Shown here: piece after piece, positions 1 to 7,847 of the stretch
Layout: every line of letters starts with the position of its first letter
Numbering within the stretch: the stretch's first letter is position 1
From: Candidatus Aldehydirespiratoraceae bacterium
GTDB taxonomy: Bacteria; Actinomycetota; Acidimicrobiia; Acidimicrobiales; Aldehydirespiratoraceae
NCBI GenBank assembly: GCA_965214565.1
Contig: OZ243951.1
Coordinates: forward strand, 1,017 to 65,016
Reading direction: 5' to 3'
Length of the DNA: 64,000 bases
Notes under the pieces: generated by a model
The model's database searches: none
Seen by the model: only the letters and a program-made list of their open reading frames with translations
What the model was told of the DNA's origin: nothing
Made by a program: the position numbers and the translations under genes

Positions 1-100
1 TCAGGTGCGCCAGACGCAACCGCCTGCGAGCCGACCGGGCATAGACGACAGATGTCGCCAAGCTGACAACGGCGAGAAGTCCGAGAATGATAGTTGTCAT
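1..100 (-). CDS. partial small hydrophobic ORF running off the window start
   Basis: Reverse-complement ATG at 100-98, with GGAG (rc of 106-109) 5 nt upstream. Translates MTTIILGLLAVVSLATSVVYARSARRRLRLAHL..., one TM-like helix followed by an Arg-rich tail. Too short in-window to appear in the ORF track. Confidence 0.3.
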   Translation of the reverse strand, partial: MTTIILGLLAVVSLATSVVYARSARRRLRLAHL

Positions 101-199
101 CGTGGCTCCGATTGCGTTGAGCCGGTTCCCCTCCAGGAACTCGCCTTAGAGGCCGAGCAGCACAACTATATCCCGGCAAGTGTGCCCATTACGACGATT

Positions 200-1507
200 T
201 CAGTCGCTGCGGCGGCGAACCCGCAGCTTGATTGGGGTCGCACCCAGCCCGAACTCCTCCCGCAGACTACGTTCGATATACCGCATATACGTCTTAGGAA
301 CCTCCCGATTGACGAACAGGACGAACGTCGGCGGATCGGTCGCGCCCTGGGTGGCGTAGAGCACACGGGCGCCGCGGGGTGCGGGTTGCGCGGCCTGAGC
401 GGAACGGATCACCTTGTTGACGTCGCGGGTCGGGATCCTGGTTCGGTACTCGACGACGGCGGTCTGGATCGCGGGCCACAGACGATCCACGCCCTTGCCT
501 GACAGGGCGCTGATTCGCAGAACCGGCGATTCGCCCAGAAATCCGAGTTTTCGTTCCACATCCTCGGCGATCTTGGTGCGTTTGGCCGTGGTGAGCCGGT
601 CCCATTTGTTGAGGAGGATCACGATCGGGCTGCCTGCTCCGTCAACCCGCTCGGCGAGGCGCTGGTCCTGGTGGGTGACCCCGACTGTGGCGTCGACCAC
701 GAGCAGCGCCACATCAGAGCTGTCGACCGCTTTGAGCGCCCGAACCAACGAGTAGTACTCGGTATCTTCGGCGATCCGAGCCTTGCGCCGCATCCCGGCG
801 GTGTCGATGAACCGGATCGGGCCGTGTTCGGTCTCCACGACCGTGTCGATGGCGTCTCTGGTCGTCCCGGGCCGGTCGTGCACGATGGCACGCTCCTCGC
901 CGATCAGCCGGTTGAACAGCGTCGACTTGCCCACATTGGGCCGCCCCACCACCGCCACCGCGAACATGTTGGGATCATCGCTCGCAGCGGGTGAGGGCGT
1001 GTCGCTCGGGTCGTGGGGCAGCAGGCGGACCACCTCGTCGAGAAGGTCGCCGGTTCCTCGGCCGTGCAGGGCGCTGACCGGGAACGGGTCGCCGAGACCC
1101 AGCCCCATCATCTCCCAGATCGAATGCTCGTGGGCTGCATCGTCGACCTTGTTGGCCACCACCAGGACCGGCACCTTGGAACGCCGCAACCGGTCGACCA
1201 CCATCTGGTCTTCGTGGGTGACGCCGACCGTGGAATCGAGCACCAGCAGCACGACATCGCTCTGCGCCATCGCCATCTCGGACTGCCGGGTGACCTTGTC
1301 GTCGAGCACATCACCATCCGCGATCCAGCCGCCGGTGTCGAGCAGCGAGAAATGGTGTCCGAGCCATTCCGCTTCCAGGACCTTGCGGTCCCGGGTGACT
1401 CCAGGACGCGGCTCAACGATCGCCTCGCGGCGGCCGATCAATCGGTTGACCAGGGTCGACTTGCCCACATTCGGACGACCCACGACAGCAACGACAGGCA
1501 GGCTCAT
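200..1507 (-). CDS. der: ribosome-associated GTPase Der/EngA
   Basis: Two tandem GTPase domains, each with a P-loop GRPNVGKST and a DTAG/DTGG motif, plus a KH-like C-terminus. 435 aa. Its start overlaps the upstream stop (ATGA at 1504-1507). Confidence 0.95.
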   Translation of the reverse strand: MSLPVVAVVGRPNVGKSTLVNRLIGRREAIVEPRPGVTRDRKVLEAEWLGHHFSLLDTGGWIADGDVLDDKVTRQSEMAMAQSDVVLLVLDSTVGVTHEDQMVVDRLRRSKVPVLVVANKVDDAAHEHSIWEMMGLGLGDPFPVSALHGRGTGDLLDEVVRLLPHDPSDTPSPAASDDPNMFAVAVVGRPNVGKSTLFNRLIGEERAIVHDRPGTTRDAIDTVVETEHGPIRFIDTAGMRRKARIAEDTEYYSLVRALKAVDSSDVALLVVDATVGVTHQDQRLAERVDGAGSPIVILLNKWDRLTTAKRTKIAEDVERKLGFLGESPVLRISALSGKGVDRLWPAIQTAVVEYRTRIPTRDVNKVIRSAQAAQPAPRGARVLYATQGATDPPTFVLFVNREVPKTYMRYIERSLREEFGLGATPIKLRVRRRSD

Positions 1508-3132
1508 GCTCGGACCTCGATTGCGTCTGGGGCCGTCCGCAGGGTCGCCCCGGGAGGGGGCACGCCCGCTTCCAGAGCCCGGCGCAGCGCCGCACCGTCG
1601 GTCGGGATCACTTCAACTGGCCTGGGCAGATCCGCAGGCACCGTGCCGTCGAGGAACACCCCGCGGCTGAGGCACACGTCGGGCAGCAGATAGCGGTGGC
1701 CTTCAGGTTCGCGGGCCAGCACCCTCGCCAGGTCCTCCCCCACCATCAGTCCCGTCACGCCGATGTTGCCGCCGAAGTACTCGTTGGGCACCTCAATGAC
1801 CCGCACGTCGCGGCGGCCCAGCGAGTTCGTGAGCGACTCGATCACGGGTGCCGACATCGACCCCGTGAGCACTCCGACCGGAGCATTCCTGGGCGCTCCG
1901 AGCGACACCCTCGTCGCCCGCGAAGCGTCGCCCGACTCCTTTGACACCCCAGACACGCCAGGGCCTTCGGTCGCGCCAGACACGCCAGAGCCTTCGGTCA
2001 CGCCAGACACGCCGGGCAGGCCGGGCGGAGGTTCGCCGACGGAGTCGGCCGGGGAGCCCGTCCGGGGGGCGCGGTAGCCGTCGGCAGGCGCCCCGTCGAC
2101 CCAGGAGAAGAACCCGGCTCTGGGGCGGGTCGGCTGCCCGGTCGGTTGGAGGAACTCCGACTCGAGGGTGCGGACCATCCCGATCCCGTCCTCATGCATC
2201 GGGAAACCCTCGTAGCTGTCGGCCTCGGGAAACGGCCTGCGGGCCATCAGGTAGTACTCGTCAGCGGCGAACACCAGCCGTCGGCCCACCGCGCTCAGGA
2301 ACACCTCCTGCCAGTCGCTGACGATATCGACGACCCGGCGCGCCTCAGCGAGCGTGTGGGGCCTCATCCTGGCCTGCTTGTTGAACCGTGAGACCCCCAG
2401 AGGCACCACGCAGATCGTCGCCAACTCCGAGAAACGCTCGAGCACGCCCGCGAGGGTGTCTTCAAGCACGTCTGCGTCGTTGACGCCGGGACACACCACG
2501 ACCTGGCCGTGCACCTCGATTCCATGGTCCAGCAGCGCCCGCAGCCATCGCAGCGACACCGCCCCGCGCCGGTTGCGCAGAATATCGGCACGAATCTGCG
2601 GATCGGTGGCATGGATCGAGACGTTGAGCGGCGACAGACGCTCGGTGATGACACGTTCCATGTCCAGTTCAGAGAAACGGGTCAACGTGGTGAAGTTCCC
2701 GTATAGGAACGAGAGCCTGTAGTCGTCGTCCTTCAGGTACAGCGAGCGTCGCATGCCGCGGGGCAGTTGATGGATGAAGCAGAACTCGCAGTGGTTGTCG
2801 CAGGTCTGCACCTTGTCGAACACCGCCGCATGCACCTCAGCACCGAGTGGCTCGCCGTGGCGCTTCGACACCACCAGATCGAGGCGCTGCGGTTCTTGGG
2901 ACCCACCATGGGGTACTCCCCGCTGCACGAGCAGAGGAACCACCGGATCGTCGGTAAGGATCTGCCATCGAATCACGTCGCGGGGAACCTCACCGTCGAT
3001 CATCAAGATCTCGTCGCCCACCATGAGCCCGGCCTGCTCGGCCGGAGATCCCGGTTCCAAGGCGACTACGCGCGGCGACGACATCCAGACAAGGCTACCG
3101 CTCCCACCAATCACCGGGCCGAGCCGAATCAT
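1504..3132 (-). CDS. PDZ + DUF512 (radical-SAM-like) protein
   Basis: N-terminal PDZ-like segment (SPAEQAGLMVGDEILMIDG). Cys motif CDNHCEFCF followed by LYLKDDDYRLSFLYGNFTTLT, typical of DUF512 proteins found upstream of der. Contains an internal Gly/Ser/Val repeat insert. Confidence 0.8.
   Translation of the reverse strand: MIRLGPVIGGSGSLVWMSSPRVVALEPGSPAEQAGLMVGDEILMIDGEVPRDVIRWQILTDDPVVPLLVQRGVPHGGSQEPQRLDLVVSKRHGEPLGAEVHAAVFDKVQTCDNHCEFCFIHQLPRGMRRSLYLKDDDYRLSFLYGNFTTLTRFSELDMERVITERLSPLNVSIHATDPQIRADILRNRRGAVSLRWLRALLDHGIEVHGQVVVCPGVNDADVLEDTLAGVLERFSELATICVVPLGVSRFNKQARMRPHTLAEARRVVDIVSDWQEVFLSAVGRRLVFAADEYYLMARRPFPEADSYEGFPMHEDGIGMVRTLESEFLQPTGQPTRPRAGFFSWVDGAPADGYRAPRTGSPADSVGEPPPGLPGVSGVTEGSGVSGATEGPGVSGVSKESGDASRATRVSLGAPRNAPVGVLTGSMSAPVIESLTNSLGRRDVRVIEVPNEYFGGNIGVTGLMVGEDLARVLAREPEGHRYLLPDVCLSRGVFLDGTVPADLPRPVEVIPTDGAALRRALEAGVPPPGATLRTAPDAIEVRA
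1949..2017. repeat. 27-bp tandem repeat (about 2.5 copies) inside the DUF512 gene
   Basis: ccagacacgccagggccttcggtcgcg / ccagacacgccagagccttcggtcacg / ccagacacgccgggc... The minus-strand frame encodes GVSGVTEGSGVSGATEGPGVSGVS. Confidence 0.85.
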
Positions 3133-3134
3133 TG

Positions 3135-3162
3135 TTGCAATATATCATTTTTCATGTATTCT
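3135..3162 (+). promoter_or_regulatory. candidate sigma-70-type promoter giving a leaderless or near-leaderless transcript
   Basis: About 40 bp of AT-rich DNA in an otherwise GC-rich region. TTGCAA (3135-3140), a 16-nt spacer, then TATTCT (3157-3162). The ATG at 3171 lies 9 nt after the -10 element and has no SD. Confidence 0.35.
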
Positions 3163-3170
3163 CATTGCTC

Positions 3171-4481
3171 ATGACCGGCATCACAGTAACCCGCAGAAAC
3201 GGGAACCTGTTGGCCTGCAAATCGGCAAGACCCGAGGAGTCGGACCGGATTCGACACGAGGCTCAGCTGCTGAAGCACCTGCAGCACCCTGGGATCGTGC
3301 AGTTCGTCGACTTCGTCGATGGGTCGTCGGTTGAACTGTACCTGGGGTTCGTGGGCCCCGACTCTTGGGCGACTCAGCCGCCCGCCTCCTCTGCCGAGTC
3401 GATCGAGGCGCTCGCCTCCGCGGCGTCGACGGTCGCTGATCTCCACAGGGTCGGGACCGTGCACGGGGCGCTGTGTCCCGAACATGTGCTCGTTGCACCC
3501 GACAAGCGTCCGGTCCTGTGCGGGCTGGCCGACGCTACAACCTCAACTGAGACTGGGCGCGCACGCGACCTCGCCGGGCTCGCCTCGCTGATCGATCTTC
3601 TCGCCGCGGGATGCGAGGAGAGGGAACGGCGTCAGCTCGCTGCCTTGGCCCGGCGCGCTGAGCGGGGTTCGGTGACGGCCGACGACGTCACCGCAGAGTT
3701 GGACCGGCTCCACGGTGGACCCGGTAATTCCACCAAGCGACGCTTGCTGCCGACAATTTCCCGACCGTCGAGACGGGCCTCGCTCGCAGCCGCCGCGGTG
3801 CTCGCGGTCGCGGTGCTGGGCTGGTCGATACTCAAACCGGAGGGCTCCGGTTCCAGCACGCCGGAGCTCAGCACGGCCCTGTCCGACTCTGATCCAGCTG
3901 ACGCAGGACCGGGCGCTGCGGGGCCAACCGATGCAGGCGCAACCGATGCGGGCGCAACCGATGCGGGGTCGGTCGGAGCAGGACTAACGGATGCAGGGTC
4001 GGTCGGTGCAGGACTAACGGATGCGGGGTCGGTCGCTGCAGGACTAACGGATGCGGGGCCAACCGCTGCGGGTGCAACCAGCGCAGGTCCGGACATCCCG
4101 GCGCTCGGAACAAGCAACGCCGCGACCATCACAGCCGCCGATGCGGACTCCTCGGACGGGAGCCACATCCGAGTCGATGATGACGACCGGGTGATCATCG
4201 ATCATCGCGGCCGCCGATACGGAGTCGGCCAACCAGGCGACAAAGCCGTCGTCGGCGACTGGAACTGCGACGGAACCCCCACTCTGGCGCTGCTCCAGCC
4301 AAGTACCGGAGTGATAGCGGTGTTCGCAGGCTGGCCCGCGCCATCACAACGCCTCGAAGCCGACTACGTGACCGTGGTCGACGGCGCTACCGACCTTCGC
4401 AACGACCCCTCCGGCGGTTGCGACCAGCTTCGAGTCACCCACCCCGGCGGAACAACCCTCATAGAAACGGAGCTCTCATGA
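3171..4481 (+). CDS. membrane-anchored Ser/Thr-kinase-like pseudokinase with an extracytoplasmic repeat and FG-GAP-like domain
   Basis: Kinase-like core: LACKSAR (VAIK-like Lys) and EAQLLKHLQHPGIV (alpha-C). LHRVGTVHGALCPEHVLV stands in place of HRDLKPxN, and CGLADA in place of DFG. There is no Gly-rich loop. TM helix LAAAAVLAVAVLGWSIL, then DAG(A/S)(T/V) repeats, then GDWNCDGTPT (FG-GAP-like). Start chosen at ATG 3171; the track ORF begins at 3132. Confidence 0.6.
   Translation: MTGITVTRRNGNLLACKSARPEESDRIRHEAQLLKHLQHPGIVQFVDFVDGSSVELYLGFVGPDSWATQPPASSAESIEALASAASTVADLHRVGTVHGALCPEHVLVAPDKRPVLCGLADATTSTETGRARDLAGLASLIDLLAAGCEERERRQLAALARRAERGSVTADDVTAELDRLHGGPGNSTKRRLLPTISRPSRRASLAAAAVLAVAVLGWSILKPEGSGSSTPELSTALSDSDPADAGPGAAGPTDAGATDAGATDAGSVGAGLTDAGSVGAGLTDAGSVAAGLTDAGPTAAGATSAGPDIPALGTSNAATITAADADSSDGSHIRVDDDDRVIIDHRGRRYGVGQPGDKAVVGDWNCDGTPTLALLQPSTGVIAVFAGWPAPSQRLEADYVTVVDGATDLRNDPSGGCDQLRVTHPGGTTLIETELS
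3926..4060. repeat. in-frame tandem repeats: 3 x 15 bp followed by 3 x 30 bp
   Basis: aaccgatgc(a/g)ggcgc occurs three times (3926-3970). ggtcgg(a/t/c)gcaggactaacggatgc(a/g)gggtc occurs three times (3971-4060). These encode TDAGA... and SVGAGLTDAG units. Confidence 0.85.
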
Positions 4482-5296
4482 CCACCAACCGACCCGACCC
4501 ACTGCGCTGCACCGCCACGGTGCTGCTCTCGTTGACCTGTGCAGCCCTGCTGATCGAGATCGACAGCGCAACACCCTGGCCCGCCACAGATCCGACTGCC
4601 TTCCTCGACTGGTGGGAGGGGCTCGGCACAGCCACCGCCGCGATCACCCTGCTTCGAATCCTCGGCATCGCCCTCGCCGGCTGGGGGATATTCATCGGCA
4701 CCGCCGGTCTGTTGGCGTCGATGCAGCCGAGCGCTCTGCTCCAAGGCGTCTGGTGCCGCATCACGCCGGGGTCGTTCAGGCAGATCCTCGCCGCGGGCGC
4801 CATCACCATCACGCTCGCGGCTCCAGTGGCCGCAGCGGCCGGGACCCAGAGCGTCGACGCACAGATCGTGCTGGAGGACCTCGGGATGATCGAAGACCCG
4901 AGCCAACAGGTTGAAGCGGGAAGGTTCACACCGGTGTTGACCGACATCGGTCCGGCCGCCGTCCAGATGTCCACCGCTCCAGAACCGGCGACGATGATCC
5001 TCCCCAACTCCGACACGACCGCTTCCAGACTCACCGAAGCCACCAGCGCCGCCCCGACAGGCACAGAACCCCCCGGCGCCCCAGATTCCCGACTCTGGAC
5101 AGTCAGCGAGGGCGACCACCTCTGGAAGATCGCAATGAAAACCCTACGCGACCACGGCCACTCGACTGAGCCCGACGCCGTGGTCGGCTACTGGAAACAG
5201 CTCATCGACCTCAACAGCGAGGCACTCAACGGGAACCCGGATCTGATTCATCCGGGGATGGTCCTGACCCTGCCTCCAGTGCCGCCCCGATCCTAG
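4478..5296 (+). CDS. membrane protein with a C-terminal LysM domain
   Basis: ATGA start/stop overlap with the pseudokinase gene (4478-4481). Hydrophobic helices in the N-terminal half. C-terminal WTVSEGDHLWKIA...NPDLIHPGMVLTLP matches the LysM pattern. Confidence 0.75.
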   Translation: MTTNRPDPLRCTATVLLSLTCAALLIEIDSATPWPATDPTAFLDWWEGLGTATAAITLLRILGIALAGWGIFIGTAGLLASMQPSALLQGVWCRITPGSFRQILAAGAITITLAAPVAAAAGTQSVDAQIVLEDLGMIEDPSQQVEAGRFTPVLTDIGPAAVQMSTAPEPATMILPNSDTTASRLTEATSAAPTGTEPPGAPDSRLWTVSEGDHLWKIAMKTLRDHGHSTEPDAVVGYWKQLIDLNSEALNGNPDLIHPGMVLTLPPVPPRS

Positions 5297-5633
5297 CGAC
5301 GACACGACTGAGGATCTGAGCCTCCGAATGCGACAGATCCAGCGACTCCACCAGGTCGCCGAAGCGCAGATCCGTCTGATCCGAGTCGCCGCCGCCAACA
5401 GAATGCTCGGGTTCATCAACCGGAAGAAGTTCCGCCACCGGCACGCCGTAGAAATGCGACAGTCGCCACAGACGAGGAACAGAGACCGCGCGCTCACCAC
5501 GTTCATAGGCTCCCAGCACCGAAGCCTTGAACTCCTGGTTCGACATACCCTCGACTTCCTGCAGCGACAACTTCTTCGCCCGTCTGACGGTGCGAAGCGT
5601 CTCCCCCACCCTCTTGGAGTATTCGGCAATCAC
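5226..5633 (-). CDS. BldD-like XRE-family HTH transcriptional regulator (short form)
   Basis: IAEYSKRVGETLRTVRRAKKLSLQEVEGMSNQEFKASVLGAYERGERAVSVPRLWRLSHFYGVPVAELLP aligns by eye with the Streptomyces BldD N-terminal domain as I recall it (SSEYAKQLGAKLRAIRTQQGLSLHGVEEKSQGRWKAVVVGSYERGDRAVTVQRLAELADFYGVPVQELLP). GTG start forms a GTGA overlap with the dnaJ stop (5630-5633). Confidence 0.75.
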   Translation of the reverse strand: MIAEYSKRVGETLRTVRRAKKLSLQEVEGMSNQEFKASVLGAYERGERAVSVPRLWRLSHFYGVPVAELLPVDEPEHSVGGGDSDQTDLRFGDLVESLDLSHSEAQILSRVVARIGAALEAGSGPSPDESDPGSR

Positions 5634-6733
5634 GTGAAAGCCGACTTGATCCGCGAGAACAAGCCCTGGCCAGGCTCAGCGACCTCCTCGCCGCGAGCCT
5701 CGGCCAAATCGCGCAACAGCGCCTCCTGATGCTCATCGAGTTCATCGGGAACATCAACGACGACCTCAACGCGCAGGTCTCCACGACCCCGGCCGTGAAC
5801 ATGGGGAACTCCCCTGCTGCGGAACCGGAACTCCGTGCCGCTCTCTGTGCCGCGGGGGATCACCAGGCTCTCGACCCCGTCGAGGGTCTCGTACTCCAGT
5901 TCCGCACCCAAGGCGACCTGGGTGAAGGGCACGTACAGGGCATGAACGAGATCGTCGCCGTCACGATGGAAAATCGGATGGGGCCGCACGCGCACGTGCA
6001 CATAGAGGTCCCCGTGGGGGCCGCCGCGCATCCCCGCCGCGCCGCGGCCGCCGAGCCGCAGGGTCGTCCCGTCATCGACTCCCACCGGCACGTCGACCTT
6101 GTAGGTCCGCTGCTCTATGGCTCTGCCGAGGCCTCCGCACTCATCGCACGGCGTCTCGATACGCTCACCCGCACCACCGCAGGCCCGACAGGCCGAGGCA
6201 GTAACCATCTGCCCGAGCACAGACTGGCGTACCCGGCGAACCTGGCCGGATCCACCACACTCGCCGCAGACGACGGGGCGTGTGTCGGGAGCCGCACCGG
6301 AGCCGTCGCAAGGTTCGCAACGCACCGCGGTGCGCACATTGATCTCGCGTTCCCCACCGAACACGACATCTTCAAGGTCAAGGTCCACATGAGCTTCGAT
6401 GTCCTCGCCTCGGGGAGTGCTCGCCCGACCCTGAGCCTGGCCGCCGAAACCTGATCCGCTGCCGAAGAAGGCCTCGAAGATGTCGCCCAACCCCCCACCG
6501 AAAGGATCCGCCGCGCCCGGCGCGTCAGTCCCGAAACGGTCGTAGCGGGCTCTGCGGTCACGGTCGGAGAGCACTTCATAGGCGGATGCAACCTCCTTGA
6601 ACCGCGCCTCGGCCGAGGCGTCTGTCGGGTTCATGTCGGGGTGGTATTGCCGAGCGAGTTTCTTGTAGGCGCGTTTGATCTCCTCGTCGGTGGCGTCGCG
6701 CTCCACTCCCAGCGTCTCATAATGATCGGCCAT
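5630..6733 (-). CDS. dnaJ: molecular chaperone DnaJ
   Basis: J domain (DHYETLGV...YHPD), a G/F-rich linker, and four CxxCxGxG zinc-finger repeats. 367 aa. Confidence 0.95.
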   Translation of the reverse strand: MADHYETLGVERDATDEEIKRAYKKLARQYHPDMNPTDASAEARFKEVASAYEVLSDRDRRARYDRFGTDAPGAADPFGGGLGDIFEAFFGSGSGFGGQAQGRASTPRGEDIEAHVDLDLEDVVFGGEREINVRTAVRCEPCDGSGAAPDTRPVVCGECGGSGQVRRVRQSVLGQMVTASACRACGGAGERIETPCDECGGLGRAIEQRTYKVDVPVGVDDGTTLRLGGRGAAGMRGGPHGDLYVHVRVRPHPIFHRDGDDLVHALYVPFTQVALGAELEYETLDGVESLVIPRGTESGTEFRFRSRGVPHVHGRGRGDLRVEVVVDVPDELDEHQEALLRDLAEARGEEVAEPGQGLFSRIKSAFT

Positions 6734-6734
6734 G

Positions 6735-7742
6735 TCAGTTCTCGCTCAGTACGCGTCCGAGACGCCGGCTGACCACCGCCACAGCGGACAGCGCCTGCTC
6801 GTAGTCCATACGCGTCGGTCCCAGCACACCGATCATCCCTGTCGTCTCCCCCTCGACCGAATACGGCGCAACGACCAGCGAACATTCGGCCAGAGGCTCG
6901 ACGCCGGTCTCCCCGCCGATGGCGACTCGCATGCCGCGGTCGAGCACATCGCGGATCAACGACACGACCACGATCTGCTGTTCGAGGATGGAGAGCACGT
7001 CGCGGATCTGTTCGACCGCCTCGAACGCGGCCGCAACGCGGGAGACCCCGCCGACGACGATCTCTGCGGTGTGGGCCGCGGCCCGCAGCGCCTCGACGGC
7101 CGCGCTCAGCAGCGGATCGTCGTCGAGTGCCTCGGGTGTCATCTCTATCAGGGACTTGCCCACGACTGTCTCGGCCAGTCGCCGGTTGGCGTCTTGCACA
7201 ATCTGTGGGGTGAGCTCGGTGGCGACCTCGATGGTGCGCTTCTCGATCACCCCGTTTGACATGACCGCAACCACCATCACCACATGCGAGGAGAGGTCGA
7301 CCAGCTGTGTCGAGCGCACGCGGGCGATGTCGACATTGGGGCCCACCACCACAGCGGCGCAGTCCGTGAGCGAGATGAGCAGGTCGGAGGTGCGGGCCAG
7401 AACAGATTCGAGTTCACCGTGGGCATCGGCGAAGAACTGGCGGACCATCCCGCGGTCAGCCCCTACCAGCGAGGGTTCACGTCTACGGAGGGTGTCGACG
7501 AAGAATCGGTAGCCCTTGTCGGTCGGTATCCGCCCCGCACTCGTGTGGGGCTGGGTGAGGTACCCCTGCTCTTCGAGCACTGCCATGTCGTGCCGCACCG
7601 TCGCGGGCGACACGGCGACGCCGGGAGCGTTGGATATCCGCCCCGAACCCACCGGTTGTGCCGTTTCGATGTACTGCTGGACAACGGCTGAGAGGATCGC
7701 TGCCTTGCGGTTGTCGAACACCATGCGCAAATCGTCGACCAT
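6735..7742 (-). CDS. hrcA: heat-inducible transcription repressor HrcA
   Basis: N-terminal winged HTH (RKAAILSAVVQQYIETAQPVGS), HrcA-typical length, and a position directly upstream of dnaJ. Confidence 0.92.
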   Translation of the reverse strand: MVDDLRMVFDNRKAAILSAVVQQYIETAQPVGSGRISNAPGVAVSPATVRHDMAVLEEQGYLTQPHTSAGRIPTDKGYRFFVDTLRRREPSLVGADRGMVRQFFADAHGELESVLARTSDLLISLTDCAAVVVGPNVDIARVRSTQLVDLSSHVVMVVAVMSNGVIEKRTIEVATELTPQIVQDANRRLAETVVGKSLIEMTPEALDDDPLLSAAVEALRAAAHTAEIVVGGVSRVAAAFEAVEQIRDVLSILEQQIVVVSLIRDVLDRGMRVAIGGETGVEPLAECSLVVAPYSVEGETTGMIGVLGPTRMDYEQALSAVAVVSRRLGRVLSEN

Positions 7743-7847
7743 TCGAGAATTGTACCGTTATCTGCTAGCGCAGGGTGTTCAGAAGGCAGTTGCGTGGAGG
7801 TTCAGGTTTCGGTTGCGCAGGCGGTGAGGCTCGCCCGGCGGATGCTG

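Noticed and set aside
5-502. 165-aa plus-strand ORF at the window start.
   Set aside because: It overlaps the 3' part of der in antisense and has no motifs. Only the short minus-strand ORF at 1-100 has a plausible SD and ATG.
7743-7847. I looked for a CIRCE element (TTAGCACTC-N9-GAGTGCTAA) or a HAIR element upstream of hrcA.
   Set aside because: Only a single CTAGCA-like half-site (about 7768-7775) is present, with no matching inverted arm. No CIRCE or HAIR can be supported here.
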